Source: a virus
IMG/VR virus record: IMGVR_UViG_3300047157_000174
Span: 1 to 64,000 of that record
Reading direction: 5' to 3' (one strand)
DNA length: 64,000 nucleotides
Below, piece after piece: positions 39,301-47,447 of this stretch (position 1 is its first letter; each line of letters begins with the position of its first letter). Under the pieces are notes generated by a model that saw only the letters and a list, made by a program, of their open reading frames with translations, was not told where the DNA came from and did no database searches. Made by a program: the position numbers and the translations under genes.

Positions 39301-39842
39301 CTGAACTCTACACCATCACCAAACTCATCAAAGGAAACTATTCTAGTTATTTTAGCAAAATGTGCGTTAACAGAATCAACCCCCATTCCATTTTTAGTAT
39401 CTACAATATCATGGTTTAAAATTATAAAATAATCATAATCTTCTATATCAAAACCTACTCTATTAGGAGGGAAATTTAAACTAGAATGATAAGTTGCCCG
39501 AAGGTTAGTAGCAACATTACTAACAGTTTCATCATCAAAATTAGAATCATATATTTTCACTTTGAAAGAAGGGGTAGTTTCTTTGTTTGTAGTTCCAACT
39601 ATTTTTGTTTGAACTGTTCCATCTTTTCTAGGTGATTTTCTTATTTCAGTAAATATAGTTGAGGCAACTGGATTCGTGGAATCGGATTCTTCTTGTAATC
39701 CGGCAGTATATAATGTAGGATTTACTGAAACATTTTTGAATGCTTTAGCCTTTGCATTAGTTCCATTTCTATCAGTATAAGTAGCAGTAACATCAGATTC
39801 ACTTACACCCGTATTCAAAGGAAATAACATTCGACCTGACAT
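33387..39842 (-). CDS. Large tail tip / baseplate hub protein (2151 aa)
   Basis: Position after the tape measure; hub-like motifs IFNGNVEDIE..YTVSGRD and ANKIIVVG...LEAGDIL. Confidence 0.6.
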   Translation of the reverse strand: MSGRMLFPLNTGVSESDVTATYTDRNGTNAKAKAFKNVSVNPTLYTAGLQEESDSTNPVASTIFTEIRKSPRKDGTVQTKIVGTTNKETTPSFKVKIYDSNFDDETVSNVATNLRATYHSSLNFPPNRVGFDIEDYDYFIILNHDIVDTKNGMGVDSVNAHFAKITRIVSFDEFGDGVEFSPKYNGEIPKGTKFEIYKGAAKTDTDLVAVSYGLRGDTSATTNKYDKICNVNTPTFYFYNDRLEEKDQLDYNEKYTVTSNRIWETTLSTISTSVINEHDVYAIGGGGRQIQFSTAKKANWDKLTEGMSLFNSSGTYIGNIESLGDDGGAIESRVYNARLDFARIAISASTDADLKIGHTIQNVVFKTEKKYDNTIQNKGRGLMDAVLVDNTLIDDEDDSSFDPLYWNKAFPLMKRSSTDAHSFSGNVWTESENLNGAMKYITFETASLKNDKIPTTLDTIVNNPKNKMSKIATVTTLDNSGTQHLKVTEDSKMVVRNGLFSDSMKLKKIEHKVSSSSNTITINGLTGEYDYSSILSDNTILEIDGYHYVVESVAARNYTLTTQTFTIDARKTVNSNVFVGGATVHTFTSADCYIVPYSNNKLNVEFAADTTVRHDQSDRLTLEDRTIEVENTKLYNSRLSITNRRGHDLRVNYGDKTHKYLTVLESTKQYYQKTPISRMYYYNGSFTLNEEIFNGNVEDIESKNENGMMTYTVSGRDDVAKLLTTTVNKNLNFSSDIIKSSLNPNLTLTQVTGTIDEIATSINSNTTNTTVTVSGDKTSLFTKYTLLFNTNKVLIGEVDNITHSSGTSTITLLDNSYISISNGTTYYYYNPFTTGNYLSLNKAMSSNKLMSLRPTTLEGASEKGIGIEQGFSFNQSLELEDISKNTLLQTEDKMGYDLHSINSISEFDSKFLFQLAEENEIYVNKAIKMIQSSNYMSVVDIIESETNKTSINVSPIFPVSLGLIDENSSDTRINSNHTKSASIYLLNTNLPRGGYIHKLDNTFNNFYTSNDIFRYIDLQSFNSGTINFNDSDSIYLDGKKPSKISGYTLAHNITFEGMDKDTSIVTNNNLIQNFTETGTTNTIRTSNVMVTDGQSNSATSNYWEMNALSTDTRFNASVLNNTFDDKVELFVQKDYRTRTYEFFVAGDLFPDSYLRYNHISYNGKSNQVVNYGMLWEGIGTNTDQISHSNYQGKTSSVSIQDKDYDTSSITESAITNTKDLRRWGIIRLVESTFDWHFNPIDSDSLKNRDEISKVPITQLSRFSDKESGVIWNNTNRPQSPLLLSSDDYLYSVGDAATYSSEGVNFTLAYFALPNLALTHRGEQYFAYNALKNGSNFGYDVHNVFLPIISKTFTNDGTSNTKAFVKSGVHYGIMGAPTGSVEGGANGSLYHRSAVLSGLSSPLLGNSNGIVTPHYYADFPSKTIYDNCVAVFRNIKNITSKDASNLYDFDSSSLLTIDNDYNNTNIDLSTNSQNQHSKNLLVRKGYNLGGQRHLPASFIGMKTENYPLINANKFLNINKISGDNDADTIHNEVSNDDEHGKIFAAQMLIKPRFNIVSGDYSSSPNVITRTMDSSSTHHWLHYMVDLTGQYIVGPNITARGTPSYIGKIISHTKKVVSNKWQHTITFDKDLSVVGTYRLMRISETTFDETPDFFEINVMDDSGLQHDKVFADFKTGGTEGTKSTDSEGVYSMQMLLEIDTTNTYLERRLFTNMGMFTDGEEIDCFISDGINEQKKSLSVTKTNTSLKFEYDGTITGNGCVSFGKINTITVPKKINIKPKKCFMGTIVNISSKINNAIEEIAKESGLDMNYEQSLKEYTTNLVDSVNGNVITCVNKPIGVDVNDVIYTQEGYLVGKVTVVSNTTITFDNIVFSPSSYDELIKRNNKIFISDAQFEDVDSFTAINHLASKRGLDYKISNGEIIAKNVEDVHSLRRFSISYKSGHNLISVESNKSLLDKANKIIVVGDGVKAESEIPTTKRTRTIRHVDSSIKSLSDAKIKATQLLEIHNADIRKIKLKIQKEGLELLEAGDILTLDFPNHDIPINDYQVFEIENILDGVSTITVGTFNKTIAERLGELSSKQTSSSFTLFGKNSVQSVVGKSVFDSFTIQNGTIEYKITRSSANLGFDSALGFDTLLGFGAGSTTLKTYKSEKDV

Positions 39843-40952
39843 TTACTCACCAAATGTATAATAAAATAAAATGTTACTGTAACTAGGCGTTAAAGTATTG
39901 ATTGTCAAACTTGGTTCTTTTCCTTTGTGCATTGAGATTTCAAAAAGTTCTCCCATAAATTGTTCACTAGTAAGAGTCCCTTTACCTATCCTAGATTCAC
40001 CATTATTAGTAGTTGAATCAAACTCAAAAGTAGGAACTGAAAGAGTTTGAGTTTTAATAGATTGATTGTTAACATACAATTCTATTTGTCCGTTTTTCCT
40101 ATACGAACAAGAAACCTTGTAAACTTCTTCTAAATACAATGCTTCTCTAGGTTGTGAAACATACACATCTCCTGTAATTGTGGAAGATTGAGATAGAGAT
40201 AATGTAGCAGTAGTAGCATTTTTACTAATAACTTTGCCTAAACTAACTCCACCACTACTAAATATTTCACTACCACCATTACTATGTGTTCCTAATTTTC
40301 TCATTATTGCTGTTTTTTCAGCAGATGTACCGCTAGTAAAACTAAGTTGTGTTCCTGTAATACTAGCAACAGAAGTTAATTTAGTTAAACTAGTGTTATG
40401 TTTTTCATAATAACCATTAGAATCATAATAACCGTGTAAAGTATTAACAGCAGTAATAATAGGATTATCGCTAGAAATAGTAGTAGTTAAACCCGAAGTG
40501 TTTGTAAAATCAACACATAATTTATATTCAGCAGGTTGGTTATAATTAGTAGTTGTAGTATTCTGCAAATAAAACTTAAACTTATTATTGTAAAACAGCA
40601 TCATTTTATGAGATAGCCTATTAGTAACGTGGTTTGTATAATCTCCTGTTCCAAAGTATCTAGAACTTTGATATAAGTTAAAATTGGAGGGCGAATTATC
40701 TGTCGGTGTGGGTGGAGTTCTAGTGGAAGTTATTGTATCTTCTCTAATACTTATATCATCTTCTTGAAATCTCCCGTTTCCATTAACGTCATATGGCGTT
40801 ATTATTGCTTCAATGGTAAAACTATCAGTATGATTCCAAAAGTTGCCTTTAGAAGCGGCTGTGCCTACTGTATCGGCATCTAATTTTAAATAGCCATCAC
40901 ACATAACAGGAAATACTAATGCTTTAGAATCTCCAATATATACGTTAGCCAT
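39843..40952 (-). CDS. LamG/concanavalin A-like tail protein
   Basis: SFTIEAII...IELYVN...SRIGK...FMGELFEI. Confidence 0.65.
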   Translation of the reverse strand: MANVYIGDSKALVFPVMCDGYLKLDADTVGTAASKGNFWNHTDSFTIEAIITPYDVNGNGRFQEDDISIREDTITSTRTPPTPTDNSPSNFNLYQSSRYFGTGDYTNHVTNRLSHKMMLFYNNKFKFYLQNTTTTNYNQPAEYKLCVDFTNTSGLTTTISSDNPIITAVNTLHGYYDSNGYYEKHNTSLTKLTSVASITGTQLSFTSGTSAEKTAIMRKLGTHSNGGSEIFSSGGVSLGKVISKNATTATLSLSQSSTITGDVYVSQPREALYLEEVYKVSCSYRKNGQIELYVNNQSIKTQTLSVPTFEFDSTTNNGESRIGKGTLTSEQFMGELFEISMHKGKEPSLTINTLTPSYSNILFYYTFGE

Positions 40953-40963
40953 TTTTCTTCACC

Positions 40964-41662
40964 TCAATCAAAGAAATTATCGCCTATCACTTTTGCTTCT
41001 TCAAAATTTAAACTAAACCCAACTTTAGGAAATTCGGAAGCAACTATGTTTGTTGTAAATGAACGCATAAATCCTGTAATTCCTGTATGATTATTACTTT
41101 TACTAGCATCGTCAAAAATTTTGGATTGACTATCCATTGTATTTCCTGTACCAAAAGCAAATGAATTATCATAAGCCCTGTTTTTAAAAGTAAACGGTAT
41201 AATCGGCAAGTCTTCTATTGGAGTATTTTCTGTTACATTAGTTCTATAATCAAATTCATTATTAACTCTACTAGGATAAAAGAATAATATTTTACTAATA
41301 TTTTGGTCGTCTTGTAACGCACTAGAATCCGCATATGAATGTATTAATTGTGCTATTTCAAATGAAGTCATAACCACGTTTTTTACACTTCCTGTCCCTG
41401 TTGTTTTCTTGATAGTTTGTTCAGTTAAAACTCCTTGAATATCTATTGTCTTAGATGCAAGCCCCATGTCAAAAGCAATATTCAAAGATTCGCCCCTAAC
41501 CGCACCCGAAAGAGGAATTGGAATATTAGGTACAGTTTTATTAGTAGCAATATTAATAGTTTCAACGTGTAAGGCTATTCTATTAGTGATAGCATCACTA
41601 CCAACTTCATTTCTTCTAGACAATTCTAACATTACCATATTGTTCGCATCTTTAGCACTCAA
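40964..41662 (-). CDS. Distal tail (Dit-like) protein
   Basis: Directly after the tape measure; DMG...TIDIQGVL. Confidence 0.5.
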   Translation of the reverse strand: MSAKDANNMVMLELSRRNEVGSDAITNRIALHVETINIATNKTVPNIPIPLSGAVRGESLNIAFDMGLASKTIDIQGVLTEQTIKKTTGTGSVKNVVMTSFEIAQLIHSYADSSALQDDQNISKILFFYPSRVNNEFDYRTNVTENTPIEDLPIIPFTFKNRAYDNSFAFGTGNTMDSQSKIFDDASKSNNHTGITGFMRSFTTNIVASEFPKVGFSLNFEEAKVIGDNFFD

Positions 41663-43221
41663 AAGTTATTCACCCCACTACTTGTTCTACTCATTCTTAG
41701 ATTGATTTCTCTAGCAACCTTATTTGCTATATCTCTTATTTCTGCATCTGATGCACCAACTCTACCATTGACATGAACATTAATTGTATTTCCACCCGAA
41801 CTTGCTACCATTCTTTTACTATCTGCATTGGAATGTACTCTTGAACCTCTAGGTAAAGATACTAATTCAGCACCTCTTTCTCCTACTAATTGCATATCAG
41901 AATTAACAACTCCACCTGCATGGAAACCAAGAACGTCTAAAGCCCTTCCACCCATATTAACAAATTCTTTAGCATTGGATAAAATTGCACCACCTATTGC
42001 TAGGGCAATCCATTGTCCTAGAGTCAATATCCAAGCACCTGATGTAAACCATACAACAGCAACTCCAATTAAACCTGCTACTAACATCACTTGTCCTATG
42101 GCTTTTAAAATACCGTTTAACGCTTCGAACGATTTTATACCATTTTCCTCTATATCTCTAACCGCATCGTATATCCCACCTAAAATTAATGACCCTAAAG
42201 CCGCTATTGCTGTTCCAAGTATTGTAACTGCCAACATTAAACTAACAACAACTGCACTAACCATTAATTGTATCAGTCCTTCTAACACCATAGCAAAATC
42301 TCCCGTAAACATTCCCATTAGTATTTTGCCTAAACCTTCAAAGGCAAATACTATCCAAGTACCAAACCAACTAAACCAATCTTGTATTATTTCTATTTCG
42401 GTAAATATATATTTAAACATAGGTAAAGCAGTACGAAATATTAACATTAGCCCCGTAAAAACAAGCATTCCTATTAAGAGAGCCTTACCAAATGCTAACA
42501 TTATAGGAAGTGTTGCCTTTAACCAAGGCCCGATTGCTTTGAAAAAATTACTAATTTTAATTTTCTTTTCCAATAAAAACTTTCTAAACTTATCTTTAGA
42601 GTCATCATCTGCATCCATACCATATATTTTCATTTGGTCTCTAAAGTTTTTTCTAAACTTGCTTGCTTTTTCAGACTGTATTTTTCGTAAGTTTAGTTCA
42701 TCCATTTGTGGTTGGATAAAACCTTTAACTGCTTTCAAAACTTCTCTTCTGTCATCAATATTTTTCGGTTTCTTACCACCTAAAACATCTTCTTCAATTT
42801 TAGAAAATCCCGCTATCTTTTTACTAAGCGATACATACTGTGCTTTTGTTAAATTAAACTGACCTTTTTTAGCACCTGATTGATATACACTTTTAGCATC
42901 AAATAATTTTTTAACTCCACTTTTATCCATTATTCTTTCCATTTTTTCTAAATCTGCGTATGCGGCCATAGCCTCCGCGTGGTCTTTAGCGGCTTTTTCC
43001 TGTCGTTTGTAATATTGTTGAAAAATAACTGTTATGGCTCGCATTTTGTTTTGTACAGACCAAAAATTAGGAAAAATACCTGAAGACATTCGGCTAATAA
43101 TACCCCATGTTGGAGACTTAGCGAGACTATCCATAGTGTCTTCAAACTTACCGGAAGTTCTTTCGAGTTCTTCCATAGCCTTTTGAATATTGTAAATATT
43201 ATCAGCAGGGGTTTTAGCCAT
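41659..43221 (-). CDS. Tape measure protein
   Basis: Helical N-terminus, hydrophobic middle, C-terminal FHAGG...LVGERGAELV motif; follows the tail chaperone. Confidence 0.75.
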   Translation of the reverse strand: MAKTPADNIYNIQKAMEELERTSGKFEDTMDSLAKSPTWGIISRMSSGIFPNFWSVQNKMRAITVIFQQYYKRQEKAAKDHAEAMAAYADLEKMERIMDKSGVKKLFDAKSVYQSGAKKGQFNLTKAQYVSLSKKIAGFSKIEEDVLGGKKPKNIDDRREVLKAVKGFIQPQMDELNLRKIQSEKASKFRKNFRDQMKIYGMDADDDSKDKFRKFLLEKKIKISNFFKAIGPWLKATLPIMLAFGKALLIGMLVFTGLMLIFRTALPMFKYIFTEIEIIQDWFSWFGTWIVFAFEGLGKILMGMFTGDFAMVLEGLIQLMVSAVVVSLMLAVTILGTAIAALGSLILGGIYDAVRDIEENGIKSFEALNGILKAIGQVMLVAGLIGVAVVWFTSGAWILTLGQWIALAIGGAILSNAKEFVNMGGRALDVLGFHAGGVVNSDMQLVGERGAELVSLPRGSRVHSNADSKRMVASSGGNTINVHVNGRVGASDAEIRDIANKVAREINLRMSRTSSGVNNF

Positions 43222-43225
43222 ATTA

Positions 43226-43803
43226 TCACTTCTTGTTCTGTATTTTTTGTATTTCTTCTTGTTCTATATCCTTTACTACTGATTCTATCAGTAACATTCT
43301 TTTCATTAATTCTACGGGAGTTTCTAACGCATCCTTTGGGTTAATACTAAACGCTTTACAATAAGAGTAAAACAATATATCCAAAATTATTTTTGGATTT
43401 TTAACATTGCTTCCCTTTAAGACTCGTTTGTACTGTTTTCGTTTCCCGTATCATCCCCCATCATATCGGTGAAAGGATTAGGGAGAATTTCTTTAAGTTG
43501 TGCGCCAACATAAGGGCTTAATCGTAGTAAATCAACAGACGTTAAAACTGGGTCTGTTTTTTCAACAAAGTTTTCAACCATAAATCTGTACATTTTATTC
43601 AAATCTAAATCAAAAGATTTACTTGTTGAATCAATGTTCATCACGCTTGACAACGCTTGTTCTACCTGTAACCAAGTTGGTTCTTTAATCCAAACTTGGA
43701 GGTATTCATCACTATCAGGGGCTACCCTTATGTGATGGCATTCTGTATTTACTGCGGCAAATAGCCTACTCTTATCTGTTATTGCTTTCTTTTCTTCTAC
43801 CAT
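43226..43803 (-). CDS. Tail assembly chaperone GT (-1 frameshift extension of 43417-43803)
   Basis: In-frame slippery heptamer G GGA AAC (43447-43441); the -1 frame stays open for 71 codons to TGA at 43228-43226. Confidence 0.75.
43417..43803 (-). CDS. Tail assembly chaperone G
   Basis: Lies between the tail tube and tape measure genes. Confidence 0.75.
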   Translation of the reverse strand: MVEEKKAITDKSRLFAAVNTECHHIRVAPDSDEYLQVWIKEPTWLQVEQALSSVMNIDSTSKSFDLDLNKMYRFMVENFVEKTDPVLTSVDLLRLSPYVGAQLKEILPNPFTDMMGDDTGNENSTNES

Positions 43804-43890
43804 GTTTTTCCACCTAACTATATACTAACAAACAAACGATGTTAGTGGAATGTGATATTGAACTATTATCTAATTTAATAGTCCTCCGTA

Positions 43891-45636
43891 TTAATGCATT
43901 AAAGCCCATTTACCTTTATATTGTGCATTGTTTAATGTTCTTGCTGATGCTGTAAATGAAACCTCTATTGCACCTTTATCTTCGGGGAAAGGAATATCAA
44001 CAGTGTTTATTATAAAATCTGTTAATTTTAATTTAATAAATTCTCCTGATTCCTTAGTAAAGTTCAATTCAATAAAACCTACTGATTCATTATCTTTTCT
44101 TAATTCATCCCAAAGTGTTGTATCTGTAATCAATGCTGTCATTGAAATCTCATATGTTCTTTGTGCAGGTATATGTTCATTCATAACTTGCCTACTTGTA
44201 TTTCCGATGTATCTAGCAGGTGTAATATTATTATTTATAGTGATAGAACCTGATTTAACTCTAGCATATGTTTCACTAAACACTTTCAACGCACCATCAG
44301 AAAACATAAATGGGTAATTATCTGAAGCAGTAGCACTAAAGTTTTGTAAATCACTTGTGTTTAATTTACCATTATGCGGCACATAATCATCTGCTTCAAG
44401 CATAACAATTGCTCCAACCGGAAAACTAGAAGTTAATGCTGTAATTGTTAAGGTGTTAGTTGATTTTGCAGACCATGTAAACTCAACTCCGTTAATAGTA
44501 CCTCTACCTGTACTTCCAAAGCCACTAGCGTCAGCAAGAACTAATGATGTAGCGTTAGCAGTATAAGCAGTAGCGACGGTATTTTGAACTACGGAATTAG
44601 AAGGTGCATCAAAAACTCTCCTACAAACTAAATCTAAACTAGTTTTTAATTCTGATTCTGATTCAAAATTAAGAGTTAAGGTATTAACTTGACAACCCGT
44701 AAATATCCGAGAATATATATTCTCATGTGGGGTTAGATTATCAACGGGAGTGCTTGCAGACACACCTGCTTTTCTATATGATACATCTAACCCGAAAGAA
44801 GGAAGGGAAGCACCGTTGGTTTCGTCAAAAGTATAAGTCAAAAAATCAGCAGAAGCAATTTCATCATAAGCAGGTAAGTTACTAAGAGTGCCTTCGACAG
44901 TATCGGTTGTCGTTGAAAGAGGTGGGTATTCTATTCCCCCTGTTATCACTCTCGAAATACCAACCCCCCCACTATTGTAGATAAATTTATTTTCAGTTGA
45001 GGCATCCCATGCTTCCGAACTATCACTGCCACTATTTGTTAATGCAGATACTTTTCCTAAAGCATAAAATAACCAAGAACCGTTATTCATTGATATATCT
45101 AAAGAACCTCCACTAACGGTTTCTGCACCTTTATATTGTAAACCAATATTTCTAGTATTTCCTCCTACTAAGTTTAGTGAAACTAACTGAGCGTCAACGC
45201 TAGGAGGTGAGAATGAATTAACTAACCCTAACCAATTATCTGACAATAATTTAGGACTTCCTAATGCACTATTAGTATAACTAGTAGGTGCAATAACAGG
45301 AGCGCCAAAACTCAATAATGTAACATGAACGACTTCTGTACCTGTGGTTATCACCGATACATCACTATCTAAAGTAAAACTTTTAGAATCATTAGAATTG
45401 ACACTAGCGTAGAAAACAGCCCCTCCTGTTCCGCTTACAACCTTTACCCTACATCCTTGATATAAATTAGTAATAAGTTTAAATTTTTCTTGGTCGGTTG
45501 TTTCCAAAACTACAATGTTTAAATTAGGAACTTCGGCTGAACCAAAAGTAACTACACAATCATCAAAATACATATCCATTTCAGGCACTAAAGTAGCCAT
45601 TGTCCCTGCGCCTACAAACACTTCATTACTTACCAT
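43891..45636 (-). CDS. Major tail tube protein (siphovirus-like) with inserted beta domains
   Basis: SGGSLDI, LPSFGLDV, FTGCQVNTLTLNF, RTYEISMT; no sheath gene nearby. Confidence 0.75.
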   Translation of the reverse strand: MVSNEVFVGAGTMATLVPEMDMYFDDCVVTFGSAEVPNLNIVVLETTDQEKFKLITNLYQGCRVKVVSGTGGAVFYASVNSNDSKSFTLDSDVSVITTGTEVVHVTLLSFGAPVIAPTSYTNSALGSPKLLSDNWLGLVNSFSPPSVDAQLVSLNLVGGNTRNIGLQYKGAETVSGGSLDISMNNGSWLFYALGKVSALTNSGSDSSEAWDASTENKFIYNSGGVGISRVITGGIEYPPLSTTTDTVEGTLSNLPAYDEIASADFLTYTFDETNGASLPSFGLDVSYRKAGVSASTPVDNLTPHENIYSRIFTGCQVNTLTLNFESESELKTSLDLVCRRVFDAPSNSVVQNTVATAYTANATSLVLADASGFGSTGRGTINGVEFTWSAKSTNTLTITALTSSFPVGAIVMLEADDYVPHNGKLNTSDLQNFSATASDNYPFMFSDGALKVFSETYARVKSGSITINNNITPARYIGNTSRQVMNEHIPAQRTYEISMTALITDTTLWDELRKDNESVGFIELNFTKESGEFIKLKLTDFIINTVDIPFPEDKGAIEVSFTASARTLNNAQYKGKWALMH

Positions 45637-45648
45637 TTTTTAATCACC

Positions 45649-46176
45649 CTATGTATTCCGTCCAATCCGTTTCATTTCAACTGATAACTTGTACCCTAAT
45701 AGTCTTTTACCTCTATCATTAGCCTCGCTTCTACTTGTTAACTTTAGTAACTCGGCACTTTCCTCTATCGTTCCTGAAGTTCCCCCACCAACATAAACAG
45801 TTGGACGTAGGGAGTTATGTTCTAAAATGTATCGCGCGATTCTATACAAGGCTTGTAGTCTATCTCTAGAATAAGTAGCATTAGGAAAATCTCTTCTGTG
45901 TAAAACTCGTATGTGTAAAGTAAAGGTAAAAGTTTCATTTCTAACTGCATAATCTATTGTAGGATATTCTGTATTCGCACTCTCTTCAAACACCACAATT
46001 ACCTCTTGAGAATCAATATCAACTCTTCTCCCTTCCTTTGGTTCTATTGAACGTACATCAATAAACTTTGGAGTTACTGCATGACTTGCAATAATACTAC
46101 CATTATTTGTTAGAGTTGTAGCAGTAGAAGCCCAATTATCATTAAGTAATCTAACAATAAAAGTTACTTCATCCAT
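45649..46176 (-). CDS. Tail terminator / completion protein
   Basis: Synteny before the tail tube; size and LLNDNW start. Confidence 0.55.
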   Translation of the reverse strand: MDEVTFIVRLLNDNWASTATTLTNNGSIIASHAVTPKFIDVRSIEPKEGRRVDIDSQEVIVVFEESANTEYPTIDYAVRNETFTFTLHIRVLHRRDFPNATYSRDRLQALYRIARYILEHNSLRPTVYVGGGTSGTIEESAELLKLTSRSEANDRGKRLLGYKLSVEMKRIGRNT

Positions 46177-46361
46177 GCACTCATCTCCTTTTCAATATCC
46201 TTAACTAATTCTGCACTAAGAACATCTATTGCATTATTCAAAATATCATCTTCTGAAAAACTAATATCGAACCCCAACTCTGATTCTAATTCCTTTAGAA
46301 TTAGATTACGTTCCTCTTGTATTCTAATTAATTCAGTAAGTCTTTGATGAAAGTTTCTCAT
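46164..46361 (-). CDS. Small hypothetical protein
   Basis: ORF fills the gap between head-tail genes. Confidence 0.5.
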   Translation of the reverse strand: MRNFHQRLTELIRIQEERNLILKELESELGFDISFSEDDILNNAIDVLSAELVKDIEKEMSAWMK

Positions 46362-46366
46362 ATTAA

Positions 46367-47443
46367 TCACGAAATAAAATGTATTAGATTTTTCTTACCA
46401 TCAATAATTTTATTTGCCTCTTCAAGTAAAATATCATGTTTAGTTTTCAAATCTATGTTAGAACCTGTCTCTGCAATCATAATAGAATTATCATCATGTC
46501 GAATAACTTCTGCTGCTACTAATTTAGTAGCGGCTTCGTGTATAGGAGCAGGTACTCTTCCATCTCCGGCTACATAAGTTACTCTAATAGAATGGTTTTG
46601 TACATACGGAAACTCTCTTCTAAAAAATATCTTACCTTCACTATCAATAGTCCAATAATCTCCCATTCTATTTTGGTCTTGATTATCAGTAAAACTTGTA
46701 ACTGAACCAAAGTTAGAAGTCAAAGTACAGGCTGAACCATCCTCACCCATTAATAAAGAAGAAATAATTACAGTTTTACTATCTTCTGAATCAGTAGTTG
46801 CATAAAAGAAATCCGAAATATGCACATTAGTATTACCATTTGCAGTAACAGATTTAGGTGCTACCTCTCCTGTAAACTTAGCAGTTTTATGTGGGAAAAC
46901 TTCATTGATAGCATCCACTAACTGACTAGCAGTAGTTTTAGGGCCGAAGTTATCATAAAAATGCGTACTCTCAACTAAGTTAAAAGTGTAAGAACCTACT
47001 GTTAATGAAATAGTCCAAGCACTATTTGTTACAGATGTTGGTAATGTTATTTTAGCAGTAGCAGAAGCCAAATCTTTGTATTCATTTCCCTGCCAAACTT
47101 CTAATCTTACTATTTTCTGAACTTTAGGTTGCGACAATTGAACAAAACCAACATAATCTTTCCATATAGATACAGGATAAGCCCCTTTATTCCAACCATC
47201 AAAAGAAAAATATTCATCCTTATGTATTATAGGACGATATGATTGTTTGATACCGTCATCTATTTTTTCTTCTACTCTTTTTATTATCTTACCAACTTCT
47301 GCTCTTGTAGGAGTAGTACTATCACTAAAAGCACTAATTTGTAATAGATTAGAAACATCTGTATGAGTAGTATAATACCCAAATCCAATATTATAATTTA
47401 CGTCTATATTTGTGAAATCGCTTGGTGAACTTACTTTACCCAT
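46367..47443 (-). CDS. Head-tail adaptor/connector protein with inserted domain
   Basis: YTTHTDV...IIKRVEEKID N-terminus and IRVTYVAG...VPAPIHEAATKLVA C-terminus. Confidence 0.7.
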   Translation of the reverse strand: MGKVSSPSDFTNIDVNYNIGFGYYTTHTDVSNLLQISAFSDSTTPTRAEVGKIIKRVEEKIDDGIKQSYRPIIHKDEYFSFDGWNKGAYPVSIWKDYVGFVQLSQPKVQKIVRLEVWQGNEYKDLASATAKITLPTSVTNSAWTISLTVGSYTFNLVESTHFYDNFGPKTTASQLVDAINEVFPHKTAKFTGEVAPKSVTANGNTNVHISDFFYATTDSEDSKTVIISSLLMGEDGSACTLTSNFGSVTSFTDNQDQNRMGDYWTIDSEGKIFFRREFPYVQNHSIRVTYVAGDGRVPAPIHEAATKLVAAEVIRHDDNSIMIAETGSNIDLKTKHDILLEEANKIIDGKKNLIHFIS

Positions 47444-47447
47444 ACTA

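Noticed and set aside
23703-39432. Many plus-strand ORFs (e.g. 30531-31457, 32352-32852, 34522-35103)
   Set aside because: They lie wholly antisense to the long fibre and hub genes and are explained by codon bias on the coding strand.
41828-42862. 344-aa plus-strand ORF
   Set aside because: Antisense shadow of the tape measure gene; low-complexity I/P/A/K composition and no recognisable motif.
43891-45636. Contractile tail sheath, suggested by the 581-aa size
   Set aside because: The motifs fit a tail tube with inserted domains, and it is directly followed by G/GT and the tape measure as in siphoviruses.
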